Numbered from the stretch's first letter, positions 13,094-26,582 are shown. The stretch is DNA of 64,000 nucleotides from Stegostoma tigrinum (GCF_030684315.1 NC_081355.1:85460924-85524923), one strand, 5' to 3'. Numbers and translations are program-made. The notes: a model not told the origin generated them from the sequence alone.

Positions 13094-13619
13094 ACATCTT
13101 GAGTTTGTATCTTTGCACCCGTTCACATTTTTAAATACATTTATAGGTTGCAGTTGTGCTAACAAATTCAGCATTTATTGTCCGTTCTTATTGTTTCATC
13201 AAACAACTGATTGGCTTGCTCCATTCAAAAGGCAGTTAAGAGGCAACTACATTGCAATGGTCTGAAGTCTTATAAAGGCTGGAACAGCTAACGACCACCT
13301 CTTCCCCAAATGATATCAGTAAACAAGTTGGGGTTTTATGACATTCTAGTAGTTTCATCATTGCCATTACTGAAAATAGTTTTTGTTTTAAATTTATATC
13401 TTTTTTCACTCATTGATTTTGAATTCCCTGACCGATGCAATGGGATTTTAATTCGCATTCCTAAATCATCAGACTGGGTCTTTGCATTATTAGCTCAGTG
13501 ACAGAAACTCTCCACTAACCATTTTGGCACTTTCCCATTGTGTTTTCCCTTTCTTGCAGTTAATCTCAGATGCAAATCACCAATGGTACAAAGTGCCATT
13601 CCATATATTTGGTCACATA

Positions 13620-13985
13620 ATCTAAACTGGCATACCAGTGCAGTACTGAGGGAGTTCTGCACTGTTGGAGATAATGTCTTTTGGATGATCAGTTGAATTG
13701 AGATCCCCTTGATCCTTTCAACGTGATGTAAAAGATCCCATGGAACTATTTCATGAAAGTGTGAGTTTTCTTCCCAATATTGACCATTTATTCCCCAACA
13801 TCACCAGCAAATTGTATTAATTCGTTAGTTGTCGCATTTTTTATGGTCCTCATTGTGCATGAAATTGATTGTTGTATTAACAGTATCAAAACAGTGATGA
13901 CACTTCTACAGTATTTTACTATGTGTAAAGCAACTTCGGGACATCTCAAGATGGTGAAAGATCTTATATAGATGCAAAATTTCCT
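13620..13985 (+). mobile_element. Deu-domain SINE (SacSINE1/AmnSINE1-like)
   Basis: CAGTGCAGTACTGAGGGAGTTCTGCACTGTTGGAG...GTAAAAGATCCCATGGAACTATTT matches the recalled Deu core. A second decayed copy lies on the minus strand at about 6020-6330. Confidence 0.7.
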
Positions 13986-15419
13986 GAAGAATGGGATTTT
14001 GACCTTTGACCATTTTACTACTTTTGTGATAATTAACTTTCTCAGCCTGCAACACTTATTTTCCTGAAGCACAGAAGTCAGTTGCAAATTTATTGTTCAC
14101 TGCTGAACACTTTCAGTTTCAGAGCAGCGATATATTATGGTTAGAAGAATGAGGTTAGGTAATATGAACTACATAAAGTCCCACTGTTGAGGGAATGCGT
14201 TCCTAGTTAAACATCCTAAACTGTGGAATCACGAACAATGAACATTGTTTATAATAGGAGTCAACAGAATAAGTTCCAGCTTTATCATACTTTAGGTAGC
14301 TGAAGAACACATTTTCTGTTGTGTGTCCATGCCAGCCATAGTACAACAAATCAGTCCCTCTTCTCATTGGTGTTGGTTTTTATGGTAAAAATAGAAGGAA
14401 CTGCAGATGCTGTAAATCAGGAACAAAAACAGAAGTTGCTGGAAAAACTCAGCAGGTCTGGCAACATCTGTGAAGAAAAAAATCAGTGTTAACGTTTCGG
14501 ATCCTGTAACCCTTCCTAGAACACTCAGTGTTCTTGGTTTTTATGGTGCTGTAGTAACATCCCTTATCGCTGAGCCATGAGGCCTGCGTTCAAGTACGAC
14601 CTGCCCTGGACGCATATAATAACATGTCCAAGCTGGTGGATTAGAAATTATTTAGGAATTAATGTTTACTTTCTGGCATCTTTTTACTCATGAGTGCAAG
14701 ATGAAAAGCTTCAACTTCATGTCTCTATTTAGTACTGTTAAATTCGATACTACCACACAATTATTTTGGTTAATATATATAAAATGCTAGTTAGTCTGCA
14801 GCATGGATTCAATTCTGAACATAACAGAAAGAAGGGATCTCAAAGGTTTGAAGAGGATGTTGGAAGAAAAATACAAGAATTGCATCTGGAAGAGGGAGCT
14901 TGATTATGCAAAAAGACCAATGAAACTGGGATTGTTCATTTTAAAGAAAAGATGAGAAAGAGATTAGTTAGAGACGTTCAAGATCATGAATGGGTTCAAG
15001 GCATAAATAATAACTGTTTGCAGTACCAGAAGTAACAATGTCCAAGAACACAGATTTAAGGTAATTTACAGTCCTTGAACATTTTCTCATCTTGCAAAAT
15101 CCTTCCTGAACCTCCATTTTGAAACTTTCCAATCAGGTATCTGTCCCTGCTTCAGTACCAAAATGCCTCAAAGTCCCAAATTACACCCCATTTGACTGTG
15201 ACCCATGTTAAATATTCCTCCTTAACATTCTTGACCTGACTGCAGCCTTTGACGCATTTGGACATGCTGTACAGCCTTCATCAAATGCTCTCTATTATAA
15301 TTCAGCTTGGTGGGACTCCAGTCATCGGGTCCCATACTCATCAGTCTGATGATAGTTGAAGTATAACATGCAGTGCCTTACCTTCTGTTCTTGGTCTCTA
15401 CATATGTGTCGGGTGGGAG

Positions 15420-15690
15420 GCAGCAGACTGAAATCTAATTTCCAAACATATAATTTACACTCAACCTGTTTCTCTATCACCCCTTTGCTCCCAGACCTGC
15501 ATTGGTTCCTGCTCAAGTGATGATCTATTTCAAATACTCTCATTTTGATATCTATTCCTTCTATGGCCTTATCACTCTCAATCTCTGGAATTAACTTCAG
15601 CCTAACAATCGGATTTTGATTACTGCAGGCTGTTTCTTAATTTTCACCACTGTCCATTTCTGATAATTTATTCAGTTGCCTACACTGAGA
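15420..15690 (+). mobile_element. L2 LINE ORF2 C-terminal fragment
   Basis: The decayed translation resembles the L2 motif ITPxLxDLHWLP...FKILIL. Confidence 0.55.
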
Positions 15691-17190
15691 TCAGACTATA
15701 GGACTGAAAGAAATAGGATCAGGTGTAAGTCATTTGGCCCCTTGAATCTACTGTGCTGGTGAGTAGGATCGTGGCTAATCTGACATCCCTTGTATTACTT
15801 GCCAGCATTTTCTCCATAGTCCTTAGTTCCCTGACTGATCAATATTATAAGCAAAGACTCTGCCCCCATACCTCTGTGTGGCAAAATGTTCCGAAGATTC
15901 TCAATGTTCTGAGGGAAGAAATTCCTCCTCACATCAATGTTGAATTAGCATCCCTTTCTTCTGAGTGTCAGCCCTCTGGTCCTTGACTCCCATGAGAAGA
16001 AACATCTTCTCAGCATTTACATTGTCAAGCCCCTTAAGAATCCTCTTCCTTTGGTTCATAAGACAATCCCTCCATCCCAAAAATCATCATCATTATCTTT
16101 CTTGGAACTGCCTGAAATGACATGATATTACTCCTTAAATAAGGGGATCCAAATTGCGCACAGTACTCCAGATGTGTTCCCACTGGCAGTTGCAATAAGA
16201 CTTCCCTACTTTTATACTCCAACCACCTTGAAATAAGGAACTACATTCCATTAATTTTTGTCATTACTTGTTTCTATATTTCATGCACAAGCACTACACA
16301 ACCTTTTTGTGTGGCAGCTTTCTGCTGTTTTTCTTCATTTAAATAATGTTCTGTTCTTTTGTTCTTTTTTCCATAATAAACTACTTCGCAAATTCCCACA
16401 TTATACTCCATCTGCCAACTTTTTGTCCGCTTGCTTAACCTATCAGTATTTCTCTGTAAACTGTTTCTATCCCTTTCACGACCTGCCTTTTCACATGTTT
16501 TGGTGCTGTCTGTATTGGCTGCAGTACATTCACTTGCTTTCTCCTAGTGTTAATATATATTGTAAACAGGTGCGGTCCCAGCACTGATCCCTATGGAACC
16601 CTACTGGTCACTGTTTCCCAACCTGAAAATAACTTTTTTATCCCCACTTGCTGGTTTCCTGCTCAGTAATCAATTCTCTACCCATACATACTACCTCCAA
16701 CAACATCTTATGACTTAACCTTTTGAAAGGACATAATCAAACTCCTTCTGGAAGTCCAAATGCAAGATATCTACTGGTTCCCCATATCCACACTGGTTGA
16801 GACTTCCTCAAAAATCTCTAATATGTTAGTCAGACATGACTTCCCTTTTATGAAGCTATGCTGAATCTGCTTGATTAGATTATGATTCTCTAAATGCTTT
16901 TCTATTACTTGCTTGATAATTGATTCTAAAACTTTTCCAACAATAAATGTTAGACTCATCAGCCTGTAGTTGCCCACTTTTTGTCTCTCTCCCTTTTTGA
17001 ATGCATTCACTGTCTGGGTAGCTATCTCTTTCAAGAACATGGAATGCAAGCCATCAGGGTTAAGGGACTTAATTTCCTTTAGCGCCATTAGTTTGTCTAA
17101 TATAACTTCCCCAGCAATGGTGATGGTACTTAATCCTTCCCCAGCATTCTTTCATATTAATAGGATGTTTGAAATAGCTTCTACTATAAA
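15690..17190 (-). mobile_element. CR1 LINE RT and 3' end, decayed
   Basis: It encodes GNYRLMSLTFIVGKVLESII, QHSFIKGKSCLTN and HLEYCAQF. Confidence 0.85.
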
Positions 17191-18629
17191 GAGATGGGCA
17201 CAGCTCAACCTCCAGTCCTCCATCCTCCAGAAGGAGAAAGAAATAAAATGTGGGACTGATCCATACTTGTCTTGTTTATCTTAATATGGAATTCCAGTTC
17301 ACATTAACGCCATCGTCTCCATGTTCTACTAATTTAAATACATTTTGCTAACTCACCCCATCCTCGACACAACTCAGATAAAAGCAAAATACTACAACTG
17401 CTGCAAATCTGAAATACAAACAGGAAGTGCTGAAGAAACTCAGCATGTCTAGCAGCACCTGTAGAGAGAGAAACAGAGTTAATGTTTTGAATCCAACTGG
17501 TCTCTTCCGAACAATCCCAATATGGCTCTGAAGCAGAGCCATATTGAGCCCAGAATGTCATATTGACTCTTCAGATGCTGCCAGACCTGCTGAATGTCAC
17601 CAACCTGACTCATCTCTCCACTAATACAACTTACCCCAAATCCTCCCCAAGCAAAGTTCTCTTGAGCAAGATGGCAAATCTTGGAAAAATGCAGATAAAA
17701 TAGCAAAGTCAGATTCCTAATATCAAGAAAAGATTTATAATTCTGTCCTTAGGGCTAAACGGCAAGTTCTGAATCTCACTAATGAGTAGCAGTTACTTCT
17801 TTCCATGCATTTACATTGCATTCTTAGCTGATAACACCTTATTTCTATGCGGTTCCTGATTCTCTTTGCCCTCCGCAAGATACCAGATGGCATCAAATTC
17901 TGGCATGAAACTTAGAACAGTTAGCAGACAGCTGCAGATTGCTGTTTGTTTTGTCCAACTCTGTCCTCACAGTATTGTCCGTGCATGGACAATGTCCTCT
18001 TGCACCATGCAATTTGGCATAAGCAAAGCAACAGCTTCACCAAATAACTGCAGCTGCTTTTCGACCAACTCCTATACACTTGTGCCATCTTTGGTATGCT
18101 TCTGCCAGATCTCTGCATGCAGGGACACACACACACATCTCATGCAGCTATGCAAGATCCATCCTATGGAGCTTAGTTTACTTTATTTGCACATGCTCAC
18201 TTTTTATTTACTTGGAGACAGCCACCTTTCGTGGTAAATATTGCTTTTTAATGCATAAGAGAAGGGCAGGTAACTTGCTATCATTTGAAATATTGAATAG
18301 TGGAAGGGATAGACACGGTGTTTATGCCAATGTAGTATTTCAGTGTCACACCTACAGTAAGTGCCAAGAGTTCCCACAATAAACTTGCTGCATCTGCTTG
18401 GGACTAGTCCTTACCTGGTCAGTCAGGGCCCATGGTCAGTCAAGGATACCATCTGTTTACAGTTCAGGGCTGGGACCATTTATTTTGTAATGAGTCGAAC
18501 GGAGGGATTTAGTCTGCTGGAAGTGGCTGGAAGATCAGTTAGTAATGATTGGCAGAAGAGGAATTAAGCTGTTCCCTGTGAATAAGTAAGAAATTCAGAA
18601 TGCAGCAATGGCTAGCAGTTTAGGACGAT

Positions 18630-19520
18630 ATGGTCATAGAGACTATTTGATCCACTTCATCCATGCCAACCAGATATTCTAAATTAATCTAGTCCCATTT
18701 TCCAGCATTTGGTTCATATCTCTCCAAACCCTTCCTATTCATATACCTATCCAGATGCCTTTTACATGTTGCAATTGTACAGGCCTCCACCAGTTCCTCT
18801 TGAAGCTCATTCCATACACACACCATCCTCTGTGTGAAAAGGTTGTCCCTTAAGACCCTTTTAAATCTTTCCCCTCTCACCTTAAACCTACGCCCTCTGG
18901 TTTTGAACACCCCTACTCTGGAGAAAAAATCTTAGCTATTCACAGTATCCATGCCCCTCATGATTAACCTCAATAAGGTCACCCCTCAACCTCTAACACT
19001 GTGGAGAAAACAGTCCCAGCCTATTCAGCCTCTCCCTACAGATCAACACCTCCAATCCTGACAACATCCTTGTAAATCTTTGCTGAACCCTTTCAGGTTT
19101 TACAATATCTTTTCTATAGCTGTGAGAACAGAATTGAATGTGGTATTCCAAAAGTTGCTGAGCCAGTGTCCTGTATAGCTGCAATATGACCGCTCAACTC
19201 CTAAACTCAATGCACTGACCGATAAAGGGAAACGTACCAAAACCTTCTTCACTATCCTATCTACCTGTGACTGCACTTTCAAGGAAATATGAACCTGCAC
19301 TCCAAGGCCCCTTTGTTCAGCAACATTCCCCAAGACCTTAACATTAAGTGTATAAGTCCTGCCCTGATTTGCCTTTCCAAAATGCAGCACCTCACATTTA
19401 TCTAGATTAAACTCCGTCTGCCACTCCTTGGCCTATCTCCACATCTGATCATTGTACTCTGAGGTAACCTTCACTCTCCACTACACTACCAATGTTGGTG
19501 TCATCTGCACATTAATAACC
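18630..19520 (-). mobile_element. CR1 LINE 3' fragment
   Basis: It encodes LHFGKANQGRTYT and FTQRMVCVWNEL. Confidence 0.85.
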
Positions 19521-20299
19521 ATAGCTCCTATATGGGTGAGAGCAGTTGACATGATGCAAGCAATGAGAGTAGTAGTCCATGAGCCTTGGTGAGATAAGTA
19601 TGCCAAGGCAAAGGTTTGTGAAGGCCAGGTGAGTGTGAGGTAGTTGGGAAAAGATAGTATCACTCACCCTGTGGAGTGCAGAAGATTATTGTCTTATTCC
19701 CCACTGTGCTAAGTGTTGCTTTTCAGCTGGGACATTGCAGTGACCATGTTGCAATTTCTGTCCAGTATGGTGAGGTCTGTTGATGTGGCTTCCTTTGGCA
19801 ATCAGCAGGGAAAAAAGAAACACAACCTTGCTTTCCACCACCATCTACCAGTACCTCAGGTCCATGTCTACAAACTGAAGAGCTAGCTTTCTTTTCTAAG
19901 CCATTTCTTTTAGGATAATGATGCAGGACCACAGTGCAAAATACAGTTCTTGGCTTACACCTGAAGTGCTGTAAAAGTGGTATTTAAATTTTGCTTCAGA
20001 GGCATGAATTTCGCAAATTTCGAAAATTTGGCCCTTAGCCCTCTAAACACTTGCTATTCATGTACTCATTCAGATGTCTCTTAAATGCTGTAACTGTAAC
20101 AACCTCCACAATTTCTTCTGGTAGTTCAATATATGCATGCACCATCCTCTGCATGAAAATGTTGCCAAATGCATGCAGGTGAAATTGTATGGATTTTCAA
20201 AATTGTAAGAAAATTAGCCATAGTAAGAAATAGCAAGGAAGAATTAGAAAGTCAGTCTGCAACTTTGAATGACTAGGTGAGTAAGAATGGCTGTGAATT

Positions 20300-22040
20300 T
20301 TCCAATCCCTGATGCTGTGAAAATAAAGTGTGATATGAAATTGGAGCTGCTTCCTGTCTCAGTGACAAAATTATGAAGGAGCTAAAGTGTAAAATAAAAT
20401 TTCTTAACAAATAAATAGAGCAATTGTTACCGATGCTGGCATTGCACCTTAGACCTCCCTGAGGAGTGGAAAAGCCGTATTGGAGGAATTTGAAGGCAGT
20501 TTTGAATGCTTTAATCTTACTTATGAATAATATGTGCCCAATATAAAATCTCAGGGAGAGGGAGACTATTGGCCATATGTGACCACACTGATCCATCTGG
20601 CTGAACCTTGTGATTTTGGGTAACTGGAACATGAATTCATCAGAGCAGGTTCGTCTTTGGCGTACGAAATCCTGAAGTGAGAACATGTCTGAGAAAACAT
20701 AAGCTTACACTTAAAACATGTATTGCTACGTGCAGAAGCTTTGGGATTGTTAGTCATCAGCTGGAGCATTTTGATGTGAAAAAAAATGGTTTTTCAGAAT
20801 GCTAGGATACATTCTAGGCTGAATGGGAACAACTAATTGGAAAAAAAGAGAAAGAAATGTTTGCCGGAGAGCAAGAAGAAAGATCAAGATCAGAAAGTGC
20901 AATTCAAATATTACAGAGGACAACACAGAAGGGAAAATGAAGCACATTCATGTTGGCTCTAACTGCACAAAATTAAATCAGTTTGCGTGCAAGTGCTTAG
21001 CAAGAAAGTAGCAAACATGTGCTTAAAAACGGATGGATGCTTCCGAGATAACAGCCAATGATTCTGACAAATCTCTTTAAACTGATTGGCTTTGTCAGGT
21101 CTAGAGGCAATAAATGGTTTGTAATTGTTAGAATGATAACTGCAGAAGGACAGTATCAGGTGAAAGTAAACTGTTAGATAAACACATTGTTTTATGCCAG
21201 TTTTGCTGACCACAAAGGAAATATTGAAGCTCTGTGATAAAATAATTTTAATCACAAGAGGACAAAAGAAGCAGGCAGTCCAACGTAATGGGAAGAACAA
21301 AGATGTGCAGTTCCAGACAGTAGACTTTAAGCAAAATCCATTCATCTTAGCCAAAGTACACCAAAGTTTGGACTGCAACCTGACACATGCCAGCAGAGAT
21401 TTATGCATTTTGTAGACCACTAAGCTGTTGAACTCTGAGCAGGCTGGAAAGATGTTTTCACAGGTTTTGCACGGTTTCCTGGTGAACATCATCTCAAAGT
21501 AGATAAGATTGTGAGAACGACTCAACATATGCCAAGTAGAGCTCCAGCTGCCTCAACTCCAGACTGAAAGACGAGATAGACTAGTTAGATAAGACAGGGG
21601 TAATCAAGGCAATGGAAAATCTTATAGACTGGTTTAGCAGCATTGTAGCAATGACCAAAACGTAGAAGTCTAAGAGCATGCATAGATCCAAATGATTTCA
21701 GTAAAGCTTTGAAGAGATCTCACTAGCATATGCCAGCCATGGAAAGGTGTTGCCATGTGCTACCAAAGTTTATTCTTCAAAATGTGTAAAATGGTTACTG
21801 AAAAGTCAGGCTGGGTAAAAGCAGTCATGTTCTAAATACATACTACATGTGTTCCATGTGCATTCCATTTGGCGTGTCCACTGTTCCATAAGAGTATCAA
21901 CACAGACACTATGAGTTTAATGGTGATGTGCCTGGAGCAGAAATCATTATGGATGATCTGACAGTCTATAGATATAGAGATACGATGGAAGCAGTCATCA
22001 CAGACCATGATCAGAATATAGTGCAAAGAATAGAAATCTG
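20300..22040 (+). mobile_element. Decayed Gypsy/Ty3 LTR retrotransposon internal region (gag, protease, RT)
   Basis: Gag-like segments include EGETIG...LAEPCDFG...FGVRNPEVR and a decayed zinc knuckle (NCTKLNQFACKC). The protease region reads RNGKNKDVQFQTVDFKQNP. The RT reads PFGVSTVPxEYQ...PGAEIIMDDLTVY...DHDQN. There are many stops and frameshifts. Confidence 0.8.
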
Positions 22041-22140
22041 CTGTCCTTACTTAGGCTTGCTAACATGTGACTCCAAATCCACAGCAATGTGGCTGACTCT
22101 TAACTGCAAGTTATTCTGTTCAGGTATAATTAAACAAGTA

Positions 22141-22346
22141 CAGGTAGTTCTGCTATAATACATGTTTCATTAATGCGAATTAGCTGTAATGTGATTGATG
22201 AATAGTGGATGGTGTTTGGATAATGCATAAGGAACTTTCTATTGTACAGGTATAGTAATTTTCTATGGTGATTTCCCTATAACGGAATTTTCTATAACAC
22301 AAGGTCATGCAAGATCACCACTGTTGCACTGTAGGAGAACTACCTG
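22141..22346. mobile_element. Tc1/mariner-superfamily (Tigger/pogo-like) MITE, 206 bp
   Basis: A TA TSD is at 22139-22140 and 22347-22348. The TIRs are CAGGTAGTTCTGCTA and TAGGAGAACTACCTG. Confidence 0.8.
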
Positions 22347-22599
22347 TAATGATCCTACCAGGGACACTTAAAACCTCATGAAAGAATAAAGAAGAAATAA
22401 ACTTATGTCCAGACTCTCACGTCACTCATCACTGCACCACTTGTCTGTGTACCAAAGAAAACACATACCTTTCTACAGCAAGTGAGAAATACATTCATTG
22501 ACAGCCCCACCATTCGTATCTAAAGTGTGATTATATTAAATGTCTCGAGCCACAAGACAGAACAATCCCTGAACAAATACTAGTTTCTGATGTGATTTA

Positions 22600-23160
22600 C
22601 CTGTACTACTCAGTTGGAGCAGCCATATAAACACGGTAGCTACAAGAATAGGTCAAAGGCTAGGAATCCTGCTGTTAGTAAAACATCTCCTGTCTCTCCA
22701 AAGCCTATCCACCATCTATAAAGCACAAGTCAGGATGAGTGTAGTTCCAACAACACTCAAGGAGCTCAACACGAACCAGAATAAGGCAGCCCATTTGATT
22801 GGCATCCTATTCGCCACATTCAATATTCACTCCCTTCACCAGCAAAGAACAGTAGCAGCAGTGTGTACCATCTACAAATTGCAACACAATAACTCACAAA
22901 GGCTCTTTACATAGCACCATTCAAACCTATGATGACTGTTAGGACAAGGGCAGCAGAAGCATGTGAACATAACCCCTCCAAACCACATGCCTTCTTGTTG
23001 CTGAGTCAAAATATTGGAACTCCATAACAGCACAATGATATCTGAAGGACTACAACAGTTCAAGTGGGCAGCTCACTAGCACCTTCTTAGTGCAATTAGA
23101 GTGGGCATTAATTGCTGGTCTAGCCAATGATATCCACATCCCATGAACAAATATTAAAAA
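22600..23160 (+). mobile_element. 3' end of a second LINE family (L2/CR1 group)
   Basis: The motif AGTAGCAGCAGTGTGTACCATCTACAA is shared with 38270-38650. An RT fragment of similar type (decayed GVP-GS / MFA motifs) lies on the minus strand at about 49290-49640. Confidence 0.6.
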
Positions 23161-23441
23161 CTACAATATGTCATTATGTAGAAAGTACTTTATAAGTGTT
23201 AATTATTGTTAGTTATTTATAAAAGATATGCCAAATTATAAACATCATCAAAATTCTATTTTTTTAAATATTGAGATCACTAAATCTGTTCCCCCAACAG
23301 TTAATTATCCATATGAATTTTCAACAGAATGAGATACTTTGACACAATGGATTGCTACTCAGCAGAACTGTTAGAAACAATTATAGTAACTTTTATCAAA
23401 GAATTTGCTAAGGATTTATGACATAAATTCTTTCCAAAGGT

Positions 23442-23526
23442 GACAAGGTGTGGAGCTGGATGAACACAGCAGGCCAAGCAGCATCTTAGGATCAGGAAAG
23501 CTGACGTTTTAGGCCTAGACCCTTCA
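23442..23526 (-). mobile_element. Stand-alone PLE-A terminal fragment
   Basis: The TSD TTCCAAAGGT is at 23432-23441 and 23527-23536. The sequence is the same family as 9743-9833. Confidence 0.8.
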
Positions 23527-25316
23527 TTCCAAAGGTAAGTCTGCAGTTACAATCTATTAACAGATATTTAACTGTCTTATCAATAACCACACAGAGAACA
23601 TAGTGTTCTGGTCAATACATTCTGAGCACAGTCTGGTTTTCCAGCAGAACTTCCTTCCGGCGGCAAACCAAAGCTGTATATTGAAATGTTTTCAAATTTT
23701 ACTTTCTGTTTGGTTCCATCTCATTTGTTTTGTTGGTTGCCATTTTACAGAGCTAGCAATATTTTGCACTCAGTTTTCCTCACTACATCTAGCCTTGTTA
23801 ATTTTTGAAAATGTTCTCCATCTGTTGTTTGCTTGTTTTGTCTTATTATCCATATTATATTATCATAGTCTCTCTGCCTTTTTAAACATACAGTAATGTG
23901 TACATTGGCAAGAATACTGAATCAGGCAAATTACTGTTTCCTTGTGGAATTTGAAAGTTCGAGCCCATTGAGGGTCAAATTGTTTAACTTGGATTCATAG
24001 AGTGGATTATACCGTGATGACTAAAGATCATGGTTTCAGTCTTTCCCATGTTGAGTTTAAAGTTGTGATCTATCCTAGGGTTGCTAGGAACTTAGGATAG
24101 CTGTTTCCTTGTTGGGAGATAATATTCTGAGTGCCAGCATCTAGATAAAGAAGAAGGACCCATGGATCAAACCTTGAGGATCCACATGATGACAATATGT
24201 GGTTGTAAAAAGTTGGAGATTTATTGGTTACATTTAAATAAGTGGGAATGAAACAATGTGAAGACAATCACAATGAGATATAACAAGGAGAGTTGCTGGT
24301 TGGTGTGGCTAATCTTACTAATGAATGTTACAAAAGCAGCAAGAAGGAAAAATGTTCCATAACACAGAGAGTGACGTGTAACTTCAGCTACAGACAAGCC
24401 AAAACTGTGTAACCAGTGCTAGTTGGGCTTGGGAATACGGGTAGGTGCAGTAGGAGTAGGCCAGTTAGCCCCTTAAGCATGTTCTTCCTTTCAACTAGTC
24501 ATGACTGATCTTCTGCATCAACATCATTTTTCTGCCTGAATCCCATATTCCTTGGTATTTCTAATATCTGGAAATCTATACATCTCTGTCCTCAATGCTC
24601 TCAAAGACTTGAACATCCATAGCTGCCTGAGATCGAGAATTCCAAAGATACACCATCTTCTGAGTGAAGCAATTCCTTTTTATCTCAGTCATAAACACCC
24701 TACCTTTTGTTCTGCGATATGTCCTCTGGTTCTAGACTCCTCCCTTGATTCCAGTTGGGAGAAACATCTTTTGCATCTACCTTGTTGAAGCCTGTAAAAA
24801 TTTGATATGCTTCAATGAGATCACATAATTCTTCCAAATGCTAAAGAATAGAGATTTAGTCTTGAAAATCTCTCATGAGATTAGATAGATTCAAATAGAC
24901 TTTCCAGAGGGATGCAAATGAATGGGAATTAATTACCTGTTTAAGAATCTTAGGTAGTAAATAGAATTAGAAATGTACTTGTATTCGAGAGGACAGAAAC
25001 ATGAGGTAAAATTTTCAGGAGAGAGATAATGAAGAAGAGAGTGTCACTTTCTGAGGACAAGAGATCATTGACAATGTCAGCTAAGTGTCAAGAAGGAGTA
25101 GCCAGACTTGTAGAGTGTGGAAGATATTGAAGGAAGGGGAAGTGGATTTAAAAGAAGTGGAACATTTGGAGATGCCAGCTGGAAATGGGAAAATTTTCAA
25201 AAATGGTATTGGAGTTGTTGCTTATTGAGATGGAAATGTGGATGAAGATGACAAAAGGAAAAAGAGAAAAAAGTGAATATGCTGCAGGAATAGTCTTCCA
25301 CTTCATGACAAAAAAT

Positions 25317-25512
25317 TTAAACCAAAAGAACTGCGGATGCTGTAAATCAGGAACAAAAACAAAGTTGCTGGAAAAGCTCAGCAGGTCTGGCAGCATCTGT
25401 GGAGGAAAAAACAGAATTAATATTTTGGGTCCGGTGACCCGAAAGGAAGGGTCTGTGGAAGGGTCACCGGACCCGAAATGTTAACTCTGTTTTCTCCTCC
25501 ACAGATGCTGCT
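25317..25512. mobile_element. PLE family B hairpin insertion with a hammerhead-like core
   Basis: It has inverted arms and the core CTGTGGA-A-GGGTC-ACCG-GACCC-GAAA-TGTTA. ATGACAAAAAAT is duplicated on both flanks. Confidence 0.8.
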
Positions 25513-25789
25513 ATGACAAAAAATATATTAGTTTCTCACATTACATCCATTGAGTTATAATAGCAGAAACATTGGGTCTTTGAAGAAAGTTGTCCTTGTC
25601 CAATGGAATGAATCTTAAACAATAATCAAATCTGGCTAAGAAAAGTATGGCACATATTGCTTGATATAAAATAACGTGAAATAAGATTCAGTTAGGGAGA
25701 AAGGTCATGGTTGACATTGCAGTACCTGAGAGATTTGACTGCGTGTCAGGTGAGAGATGCAGTCCTGAAGCAGAGAGAGTGAGGTGAGT

Positions 25790-26175
25790 CTGAGACTCTA
25801 ATAAAAGGTAATAAAGCAATGAGAGGCATACACAGAGTTAATGGTAGTTGTCTTTTCCCTAGGATGGGGGTTTCCAAGATTAGGGAGCACATTTTGAAGG
25901 TGAGAAGAGAGAGATTTAAAAAAGACATGAGGGGCAAGCGTTTTCACACAGACCGTTGTTCGTGTGTGGAATGAACTTCCTGAGGAAGTGGTGGTTGTGG
26001 GTATAATTACAACATTTAAAAGACATTTGGATAAGTGCATAAATAGAAAAGGTTTGGAGGGATATGGGCCAGGAGCAGACAGGGGGGACTACTTTAGTTT
26101 GGGATTATGTTCGGCATGGACTGGCTGGACTGAAGGGTCTGTTTCCATGTGGTATGACTCTTATGACTCTATGGC
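25790..26175 (+). mobile_element. CR1 LINE 3' end
   Basis: It encodes WNELPEEVV...FKRHLDK and has a TATGACTC tail. Confidence 0.85.
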
Positions 26176-26277
26176 TCTATATCTCAGCAATTGAGGCAAA
26201 CAGGAGCTCAGCCAGAAGATGGAGGATTGAGGAAGCAGTTGCCTCCAATGGAATGGAGCTGTAACACAGCGGAAGTG

Positions 26278-26582
26278 GGTAGCACGGTGGCTCGGTGGTT
26301 AGCACTGCTGCCTCACAACACCAGGGACCTGGGTTCGACTCCACCCTCGGGCAACTGTCTGTGTGGAGTTTGCACATTCTCCCTGTGTCTGCATGGGTTT
26401 CTTCCTACAGTCCAAAGATGTGCAGGTTAGGTGGATCAGCCATGCTAAATTGGCCGTGGTGCTCGGGAAGTGTAGATTGGATGGGTAATAGGAGGATGGG
26501 TCTGAGTGTGATGTTCTGAGGGTCGGTGTGGACTTGTTAGGCTGAGGGCCTATTTCCACACTGTAGGGATTCTCTGATTCTA
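26278..26582 (+). mobile_element. HE1-type tRNA-derived SINE
   Basis: It has an A box (TGGCTCGGTGG), a B box (GGTTCGACTCC), the central TGTGTGGAGTTTGCACATTCT domain and a CR1-like tail (CACTGTAGGGATTCT). Confidence 0.9.

Noticed and set aside
17830-18240. Possible coding remnant with several overlapping ORFs
   Set aside because: There is no recognisable domain or splice structure, and the most coding-like frame has stops.
26278-26350. tRNA gene
   Set aside because: The A and B boxes belong to a SINE head that continues into the SINE body and a LINE-like tail. The same applies at about 4000-4070, 39000-39075 and 48950-49022.
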